Assembly (NCBI GenBank): GCA_046153645.1
Contig: JBJXGI010000073.1
Span: forward strand, 1-11,111
Reading direction: 5' to 3'
Length of the DNA stretch: 11,111 bases
Source of the DNA: Elusimicrobiota bacterium
GTDB lineage: Bacteria; Elusimicrobiota; Elusimicrobia; F11
Shown: positions 1 through 6,673 of the stretch, piece after piece
Layout of the letters: every line of letters begins with the position of its first letter
How positions within the stretch are numbered: position 1 is the stretch's first letter
Notes under the pieces: generated by a model
The model's database searches: none
Told to the model about the DNA's origin: nothing
Seen by the model: only the letters and a program-made list of their open reading frames with translations
Made by a program: the position numbers and the translations under genes

Positions 1-2
1 TG

Positions 3-3000
3 ATCGCCAACGCTCTCTTGGTTGATAATAATTACGGAATTCTTATTGCACTTGCTATTTCTCAAGTGCTTGGAATTCTCGAACACTTAAAGATTAATTG
101 GATTTTGAAGGATTCGGTACCGGCGTCCCATACACGAACAAGCACGTCATTTACCCCCATAATAACTTTCACTCCAGAACAAAAATTGAAATGGCTTTCA
201 CTAGAAACGAATCAATCGGGATTAGATTTAATTCCGGAGTTCAAAGTTCTAGATAATAAAAAATCCAAGTATCTAAGTAGCATTATTGGCGATTTATTTC
301 GGAATGCTTATGATGCCAGTGACAAAGGAAATGAAACAGAAAAACTCAATGACGCTCAAGTTGTATTTGGCATAAATGAAAAGGGAGATGGGGTTTTTAG
401 AATATCTAACCCTCAAAGAATTAACCGAGAAAAAATAAAAGACTCGCTACCGGCTATTAGAGATAACTTACTGAAAATTCGGAAACTTATTCGTTCCAAT
501 TCAATTGACCCTGAAATATTATCACCATTTCAAGTTTTACCTTTGTTGAATTTGCCACATAAGAAACCTGCTGAATATCTCCGGGAAAGTTTAGGTATTG
601 TTTTATTGTTATTAACAAAAACGGATGATCTCACCGATGAAGACGTGGACTCTTTATTTTTTGCGGCATTTACAACGACAAAAATATCAGAACAAAAAAA
701 CACTTATTTTAAAGAGATGGCTCAAGAAGATGCCTTAGGTGGCACAGGATTTGGCTTATTTTTAGCTAAACAAATCGCACCTTATTTGGGTGCCCAAATA
801 AAAACACGTTACCTTCCAAACGAAACAATATTTGAGTTCATTATTCCGAAAGAATTATTTCAAATTAATTCCGTCCAAACAAAAACGAAACCGAATATAG
901 ATAAAACTGAATTCATTAAACGGTTGCGTTTTAACGGAATGCAACTTCCCGATGAAATATTGGAAACAATAATAAAAATAGAAAATTATTCAGTTGAATC
1001 TGTAACAGCAGCTTTTAGTAAACATAGAAAAAGAATATCTTTGCTCCTGACTTTCAAAATCGCAGATATTGCTTATTCGCTTCAAAATTCTCTTTTTCCA
1101 CTTTTTACACATAAAAAAGAACCCGTTAAAAAAAGTCGGGCGACGGCCAAAAACTTAAGTGATCAAGATGTCAATGCTCTTGCAGAAGAAATAAATAAAA
1201 AATTAGGAGGGCCGAATTTAATTCGTTTACCGGATATAGAAATAGAAGGACAAAAAATTCAAGTTGAAACATCGAAACCCATTCCCAATAAGATAAATAC
1301 CCTTTATAGAGTAGGCCCTCTTATTGTTGTTTTAATTCCAACGTTAGAAACAGGTATTTACAATATTAAAGAGAAAAAAAATGAACTCATTGAAAAACTA
1401 GGGGAACTCTACGAAAATAATAGAGGCAACATATTGTTTTGTTGCGCGCCTCCTTATCAAAAAGCCATGTTTGAAGTGGGACATTATTTGAGCCCTCACG
1501 CATTTGTACCCTTAGCCCACTTAATTGTTCATCGAGAAAAAATAAAAGATGTAACTATTGGCTTTGGTTCAGCTGACGCCTTATTAGAACAAGCCGCCTA
1601 TGTGTTGGGAAAAGGAAAAATAACTTTGGTTGAGAAAGAGACAGGGTCTTTAATGGCTGGTTATGCCAATATGTTTGATTTGATTGAAAACGAAAGTGAT
1701 GTCATATTGGTAAATGAAGATATTTTAAATATTGAATTAAATGACCCTATGTTTTATGGCGTTAAAACAGTCATTGCCAATATTGGGTCCCCTAATGTAT
1801 ATCTCGGAGTGAATGATAAAGTTGTTCAAATTGTTAAAAACATAGCGGGCTTAGAATTGTTTATCAACTCGGGCTGGCTGTTTAATGATCCAGCGGCCAT
1901 TTCATCTCTTAATCAAACAGTGAATGTTTTAGGGGGAAAAAGGTACGACTATATACTTCCATTAACATTTCGAGGTGGAAATTCAGATTTTAAGATGAGC
2001 GTGATTGTTTATGAAAATTCACAAACGAGAAACTATCATCCCGTACAATGGGAAACCGAAAAAATAGCGCTCATTGAAAAAGAAAATCCTGGAATAACAG
2101 AGAAAATTAAAAAAATATTGAGTTCCTACCCCCATAACTTACAGGAAGGGATTGATTTTGAAATAAGGGAAGAAGGAATAAGTGAACGGGTTTATCTCAT
2201 AAAACTGAATAAACCCATTTTAATGGATGGACGACTTCTGACCCACATAAAAATAAAAGGAGCAACATTACCCAGAGGGGGATCAAAAAAACTTTTTGAC
2301 CCTAAAAAATTTTTACTAGAAAAAGGATTTCTAAAAAACGAAGGAACAAATAGATTCGGTAGATATGTTACAAATAAAGACGGAATTATTTCTTATGCCG
2401 ATAGACTTGATGTTCCTCATTTAGGCATAACATTTGACAAGGCTCAAAGAGAATTTATTGGAAATAATAATATACCGTTTGATTTCTCCTCGCCTATTTC
2501 ACTGGGACTTGCTTCTTTTTCCGACCCCAATGATCTGATGGCCAATGGGCTACCAGCGGGAGCTGTGATCGAAGCTATTCCTGCGGTAATTAGTGGAGGG
2601 GATATGCTTTCTATGATGACAACCCTATTTCAAGATGGAATACGGGAAGGCAATCCTGATCCACAATACATTTCTGATTCCAATAGATTTTATGCGGGGG
2701 CAGGCAATAATTTAGCGGAACTTGCCAGTCAAAAAGTTCTCCATGAACAACTGCATATAAACAATTGGGGAATCCAAGAAACAGATGAAAAAGTTTTTAT
2801 ATCTGATAATGAAAGCACAATATTAAATAATGAGTTAACGCCATTACAATATTTCGCGCAATTATTTATAGCTCTGAGAAATATGAGCGGGTCCGCTGTT
2901 CGAGGATATAATACGGACTTCTTCCAGAAATTCAAATACAATCCCGTTCCACACATCACCAGAGGATTTTTAGGATCTGATTCATTTCCGAATTTAACCT

Positions 3001-4940
3001 CAGATGATCTTGATGACACCATTAAACAATCACAGCAAATGCCGCTATTTCTAAGCAACAACCCATTGATTAATGCCATGCGGTTGAGGTTCCCAGCTCT
3101 CACTCAAGCCTGTGAAGAACAACTAAAAAATATAAAGGCAGACTGGCAAGGAAAGTACAAAGGAGAAACAAAAAAAACAACCACTCCCAACGCCTCTCAT
3201 ACAGGTTATTGGGTTTTAGATTCCTTTACTGAACAAATTTTTCCAGCGCTGGCAACTTTGATAGGGGGAAGCATTTTTTATTATCTCAATGGATCGGGAA
3301 TGTTTGGGGGAAATATTAGTCCTCATTTAACTTTATTTGATTATTTCCTTGGCTTTTCCATGTCGATGTTATTTTTTACCTTTGTTTTCTTTAGGATTTT
3401 CGATTGGCTTCACAATAAACAATTTGAAAATGTAAAAGACAAGCTTGCTCAAATTTACCCGAATGAAAAAATAACTCGAGATTTATATTCTTATCATCTC
3501 TTTAAATTATCTGCTTATTTTGTTGTCCCAACATTTATTTCATTTTTTCTTATTGTTTATTTCTTCAATGATTTTAGGTTGGCTTTTGAAGTGTCTCAGC
3601 GAATTGGGATTTCTGCTCATCTTATTCTCAATTACTTTAACAGAAGAAAAATTCTCGCCTCTCACAGCGGAAGAAATAAAATTAAACGAAACCACAAAAA
3701 GCTTCCATCGTTACCCTTTATGACTGGGTCTATTTACGATCCCAAATTTATTAAAAAAGAACGGGCCGTTTCAGCAACAAACCCCACTGTTGTATTCGAT
3801 CTCAACAACACCTTAGGTTTTATGCAAGATGGTCAGTGGAAAACAAGACCAGGTGTTTTAGAAGAACTTAAAAAACTAAAAAAGAAAAACTATCGATTGA
3901 TTTTATGGACATATTCAAATCAAAAACTTGTCGAAGACGTTCAACAGCAAGATTCTCGATTCATGGAATATTTCGACCAAATTATTACATTTGAAAATTA
4001 TAGACCGGAATCGAATGAGCCCGATATATTTGATCCTTTCATTGAAAAAGTGAGGAACGCTTACGCAGAATATATTGATCCTAGCCGAGAAACAACTTTT
4101 GACCCTCATTACATTATTACAATAAACAAAGGAAAAGATATTAGTTTACTGGGGTATCACGTTATTGTTGATGACCAAGATCTAGCAACAACGTCAAATT
4201 GGTCTCCAACAGGTTCGATCAAACATATTCATGTTTCTGGTGTTAATCAAATCACAACACCAACAACAATTGTTGATAGAGAAATTTTAGAGTTAACAAC
4301 CACAATAGAAGCGCAAATAAATGAGAGATCAGCAAATCAGGAACTCATTGAGCTATTTATGGGAAACACAAAATCTTTAAATATCTCTGATATTGATGGT
4401 GTTCGCTTTAATAAAGCTGAAACACCATTAGCGCTCAAAAAAATAAATGAATTCAAGAAAGATAAAGTGATACTCGTCGACCAATCGATGCTTGATTGGC
4501 TTATCCCTCAGTGGGGTTTAATTTCTGCGCAAAACCAAACCTCTCAAAACAAAATTATCCTTATTCCATCAACCAAAGCTATAGAAGAGGCCCTTATAAG
4601 TAACATTCCAAAAGATCCTAACAATGAAGGAATTGAAATTATTTCATTCAAAAAAAGTAAAAAACTCTTCGAAACAATCAAACAAAATAAATTATTTACC
4701 GGAATAAATTCTGATGAGTTAATTGAATTGCTTAAATTCGTTCGCAAACAGACGAAAGCACAATCCGCACTGGATGTGGCTTTGTTCATTCCGTCTACAT
4801 TCAGACTGATTCTTGATAAAAAAGGAACCGATATAGAAAAGTTATTTCATACGCTTTTCATTGTTATTGATTCTTCACAAGGGTTATCCATTCTCACCAC
4901 CAACATCAAAGTTCTTAAAGCAACTGAGAAAGCTGCTTAA
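3..4940 (+). CDS. Giant multidomain membrane-associated protein, 5'-truncated by the window (HATPase_c-like, SAM-methyltransferase-like, kinase-like, CPBP-like membrane module, FCP1/NIF-like HAD phosphatase, unknown C-terminal domain)
   Basis: The ORF track gives 18..4940 from a TTG, but the frame has no stop back to nt 3 (ATC GCC AAC GCT CTC TTG), so the true start is upstream. Motifs: GDLFRNAYDA (288-317) and GGTGFGLFLAK (738-770); VTIGFGSAD...LVEKE (1551-1640); IKIKG (2247-2261), HEQLHINN (2742-2765) and ISDNE (2799-2813); a hydrophobic block at 3204-3656 with FTEQIF, FDWLH and HLILN; VVFDLNNTL (3789-3815), LILWTYS and KDISLLG..IVDD (to 4175). Confidence is high for the CDS and moderate for the domain calls. 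Confidence 0.88.
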   Translation: MANALLVDNNYGILIALAISQVLGILEHLKINWILKDSVPASHTRTSTSFTPIITFTPEQKLKWLSLETNQSGLDLIPEFKVLDNKKSKYLSSIIGDLFRNAYDASDKGNETEKLNDAQVVFGINEKGDGVFRISNPQRINREKIKDSLPAIRDNLLKIRKLIRSNSIDPEILSPFQVLPLLNLPHKKPAEYLRESLGIVLLLLTKTDDLTDEDVDSLFFAAFTTTKISEQKNTYFKEMAQEDALGGTGFGLFLAKQIAPYLGAQIKTRYLPNETIFEFIIPKELFQINSVQTKTKPNIDKTEFIKRLRFNGMQLPDEILETIIKIENYSVESVTAAFSKHRKRISLLLTFKIADIAYSLQNSLFPLFTHKKEPVKKSRATAKNLSDQDVNALAEEINKKLGGPNLIRLPDIEIEGQKIQVETSKPIPNKINTLYRVGPLIVVLIPTLETGIYNIKEKKNELIEKLGELYENNRGNILFCCAPPYQKAMFEVGHYLSPHAFVPLAHLIVHREKIKDVTIGFGSADALLEQAAYVLGKGKITLVEKETGSLMAGYANMFDLIENESDVILVNEDILNIELNDPMFYGVKTVIANIGSPNVYLGVNDKVVQIVKNIAGLELFINSGWLFNDPAAISSLNQTVNVLGGKRYDYILPLTFRGGNSDFKMSVIVYENSQTRNYHPVQWETEKIALIEKENPGITEKIKKILSSYPHNLQEGIDFEIREEGISERVYLIKLNKPILMDGRLLTHIKIKGATLPRGGSKKLFDPKKFLLEKGFLKNEGTNRFGRYVTNKDGIISYADRLDVPHLGITFDKAQREFIGNNNIPFDFSSPISLGLASFSDPNDLMANGLPAGAVIEAIPAVISGGDMLSMMTTLFQDGIREGNPDPQYISDSNRFYAGAGNNLAELASQKVLHEQLHINNWGIQETDEKVFISDNESTILNNELTPLQYFAQLFIALRNMSGSAVRGYNTDFFQKFKYNPVPHITRGFLGSDSFPNLTSDDLDDTIKQSQQMPLFLSNNPLINAMRLRFPALTQACEEQLKNIKADWQGKYKGETKKTTTPNASHTGYWVLDSFTEQIFPALATLIGGSIFYYLNGSGMFGGNISPHLTLFDYFLGFSMSMLFFTFVFFRIFDWLHNKQFENVKDKLAQIYPNEKITRDLYSYHLFKLSAYFVVPTFISFFLIVYFFNDFRLAFEVSQRIGISAHLILNYFNRRKILASHSGRNKIKRNHKKLPSLPFMTGSIYDPKFIKKERAVSATNPTVVFDLNNTLGFMQDGQWKTRPGVLEELKKLKKKNYRLILWTYSNQKLVEDVQQQDSRFMEYFDQIITFENYRPESNEPDIFDPFIEKVRNAYAEYIDPSRETTFDPHYIITINKGKDISLLGYHVIVDDQDLATTSNWSPTGSIKHIHVSGVNQITTPTTIVDREILELTTTIEAQINERSANQELIELFMGNTKSLNISDIDGVRFNKAETPLALKKINEFKKDKVILVDQSMLDWLIPQWGLISAQNQTSQNKIILIPSTKAIEEALISNIPKDPNNEGIEIISFKKSKKLFETIKQNKLFTGINSDELIELLKFVRKQTKAQSALDVALFIPSTFRLILDKKGTDIEKLFHTLFIVIDSSQGLSILTTNIKVLKATEKAA

Positions 4941-4962
4941 AAAGCCTGATCGTTATGCTAAA

Positions 4963-4981
4963 CTTCAAAAACTTTTTGAAG
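4963..4981. promoter_or_regulatory. Perfect 9-bp inverted repeat (CTTCAAAAA-C-TTTTTGAAG), possible operator overlapping a putative extended -10 (TGcTAAACT, 4956-4964) upstream of tRNA-Pro
   Basis: The palindrome is read directly. A 1-nt spacer cannot form a good RNA hairpin loop, so a DNA-binding site is more likely than a terminator. Function is inferred. Confidence 0.35.
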
Positions 4982-5017
4982 GAACATAAAGGCGTACTCT
5001 ATTAAACTTCCTCAAAT

Positions 5018-5090
5018 CGGGGTGTAGCTCAGTTGGTAGAGCGCTTGGTTCGGGACCAAGAGGCCGCAGGTTCAAGTCCTGTTACCCCGA
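5018..5090 (+). tRNA. tRNA-Pro (anticodon CGG), CCA not encoded
   Basis: Acceptor stem CGGGGTG/TACCCCG, D arm GCTC-AGTTGGTA-GAGC, anticodon arm CTTGG-TTCGGGA-CCAAG (CGG at 5051-5053), T arm GCAGG-TTCAAGT-CCTGT and discriminator A5090. C1-G72 with A73 is typical of bacterial tRNA-Pro. Confidence 0.97.
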
Positions 5091-5120
5091 AGTTTTTAAA
5101 AATTATTCAGGAGAATTTAA

Positions 5121-5792
5121 ATGCGAAAAACAACTGTTCATTTATTAGTAATGGTAATTATTTCTATGGGCTTAACAGGTTGTGCTGAATTAAATCGAAC
5201 CGCAAAAGGCGGAATGATTGGGGCAACAACCGGTGCTATTTTAGGGGGCGTTATTGGAAAACAAAGTGGAAATACAACAGCTGGAATTTTAATTGGAGCT
5301 GCTTTAGGTGGAGTTGCCGGTGCTTCCATTGGTCATTATATGGATAAACAAGCAGCCGAAATTCAAAATGACATTAAAAATGCGAAAGTAGAACGTGTAG
5401 GAGAGGGAATTAAAATCACTTTTGACTCCGGCATTTTGTTTGATACCAATTCTGCTGTCCTTAAGTCTGCTTCTAGAGATAACATCGCAAGTCTCTCCAA
5501 AACACTAAATAAATATAAAGACACAAATATTGTCATTCAAGGTTATACTGATTCAGACGGATCTGATGATTACAACTTAGCGCTTTCTCAAAAGCGGGCG
5601 GAATCTGTATCCGGCTATACTGTCACACAAGGAGTTCTTGGTAGCCGTATTAGCACGGCTGGAATGGGAGAATCTAATCCTGTTTCAGATAACTCAACAG
5701 CCGCCGGCAAACAAACCAATAGAAGAGTTGAAATTGCTATTTTCGCTAATGACAAACTAAAAAAAGCCGCAACAGAAGGAAAGGAACTTTAA
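5121..5792 (+). CDS. OmpA-family outer-membrane lipoprotein with glycine zipper (YiaD-like)
   Basis: SD AGGAG at 5109-5113; signal peptide with lipobox LTG-C; Gly-zipper GGMIGATTGAILGGVIG...GAALGGVAGASIG; OmpA_C peptidoglycan-binding motifs ILFDTNSA, GYTDSDGSDDYNLALSQKRAESV and NRRVEI. Confidence 0.95.
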   Translation: MRKTTVHLLVMVIISMGLTGCAELNRTAKGGMIGATTGAILGGVIGKQSGNTTAGILIGAALGGVAGASIGHYMDKQAAEIQNDIKNAKVERVGEGIKITFDSGILFDTNSAVLKSASRDNIASLSKTLNKYKDTNIVIQGYTDSDGSDDYNLALSQKRAESVSGYTVTQGVLGSRISTAGMGESNPVSDNSTAAGKQTNRRVEIAIFANDKLKKAATEGKEL

Positions 5793-5797
5793 TAAAC

Positions 5798-5826
5798 TTG
5801 TTGAAAATCAACTTGTTTTCTACAAT
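5798..5826 (+). promoter_or_regulatory. Putative sigma-70 promoter for the sigma factor/apt unit
   Basis: TTGTTG (5798-5803), 17-bp spacer, TACAAT (5821-5826), within the 44-bp intergenic gap. Confidence 0.55.
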
Positions 5827-5836
5827 CATTACTTAA

Positions 5837-6667
5837 ATGAAAGATAATCTAGATCCAGTTACACTTTATTTTCAAGGAATTAAACATCTTCCTCCTATTG
5901 CTAAAGAGGAATTTGAAGATCTTTGGAAACGCGCAGGTAAAAACGACAAGGTTGCCAAAAAGAGATTAATTGAAGGGAATTTGCGACTTGTCATTCCTAT
6001 CGCGAAAAAATACTTTCGACCGGGTGTTGATTTCTTGGATCTTATTGAAGAAGGAAATTTAGGGCTCATCCATGCAGTAGACAAGTTTGATTACACGCGT
6101 GGGTTTCGTTTTTCTACTTACGCGGCCTACTGGATTGAACAATCTGTACGTCGCGCCATAGATGAGCAATCCAAAACCATTAGAATTCCACCCCACGCTT
6201 GGGAAGCCCTTCGTAAATGGCTTAAGAATTGGGACCAACTTCATGGCCAGCTGGGGCGAGATCCGACTCTTTCAGAAATGGCCAAAAGACTCCATTTATC
6301 AGCAAGGCAAATTCGTGGTGTGTTAGATGCGGCAGAAGCCTCTCGTGGCCTTGAAAGTTTAGACACTCCGTTAGATGACGATGAAGATCTTTTTGTAAAA
6401 GATATTGTAGCCGAATCATCCGTTCATGCACCTGACAATATTCTTTCTGAAATGAGAATGAAAGATGAAATGGAAAAGTGTATGGGAAAAATTGGCGAAC
6501 GTGAACGCCAAATATTAGAGATGCGCTTTGGTTTGGTTGGTAACGATAGAATGACTTTAGAAGAAGTAGGAAAAAAATTACGTCTTTCACGTGAGAGAGT
6601 TCGCCAATTAGAAGAAAGAGGGCTCCAACGATTAAGAAGATCTGCTCAACGAATGGGTTTAGTTTAA
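5837..6667 (+). CDS. RNA polymerase sigma-70 family factor, RpoD/RpoS-like, non-primary (no region 1.1)
   Basis: Region 1.2 DPVTLYFQGIKHLPP; region 2 NLRLVIPIAKKY...DLIEEGNLGLIHAVDKFDYTRGFRFSTYAAYWI; region 3 TIRIPPH...LGRDPT; SLDTPL; region 4 HTH MTLEEVGKKLRLSRERVRQLE. Length 276 aa. Confidence 0.95.
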   Translation: MKDNLDPVTLYFQGIKHLPPIAKEEFEDLWKRAGKNDKVAKKRLIEGNLRLVIPIAKKYFRPGVDFLDLIEEGNLGLIHAVDKFDYTRGFRFSTYAAYWIEQSVRRAIDEQSKTIRIPPHAWEALRKWLKNWDQLHGQLGRDPTLSEMAKRLHLSARQIRGVLDAAEASRGLESLDTPLDDDEDLFVKDIVAESSVHAPDNILSEMRMKDEMEKCMGKIGERERQILEMRFGLVGNDRMTLEEVGKKLRLSRERVRQLEERGLQRLRRSAQRMGLV

Positions 6668-6673
6668 TCAAAA

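Noticed and set aside
18..20. TTG at 18 as the real start of the giant ORF
   Set aside because: The frame is open to the window edge, there is no SD, and the sequence begins in the middle of a membrane module.
270..850. Giant ORF as a conventional two-component sensor histidine kinase
   Set aside because: No H-box, receiver domain or adjacent response regulator is visible, and the G1 box is degenerate.
3204..3656. Anti-phage abortive-infection system inferred from the 'Abi' name of the CPBP family
   Set aside because: The family name is historical and does not imply defence. No recognisable defence genes are in the window.
2729..4789. Short alternative ORFs 2729..3103(-), 3520..3723(+), 3915..4109(-) and 4544..4789(-)
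   Set aside because: They lie entirely within the giant CDS and have no recognisable motifs, so they are treated as shadow ORFs.
5018..5120. tRNA-Pro or tRNA-Arg as an integration site, making the giant gene part of an island
   Set aside because: No integrase is present, no duplicated tRNA 3' end was seen, and the giant gene lies on the 5' side of the tRNA.
5138..6671. Minus-strand ORFs 5138..5329, 5872..6084, 6059..6244 and 6222..6671
   Set aside because: They are antisense to the well-supported OmpA-family and sigma genes. The Pro-rich repeat in 5138..5329 is simply the reverse complement of the Gly zipper.
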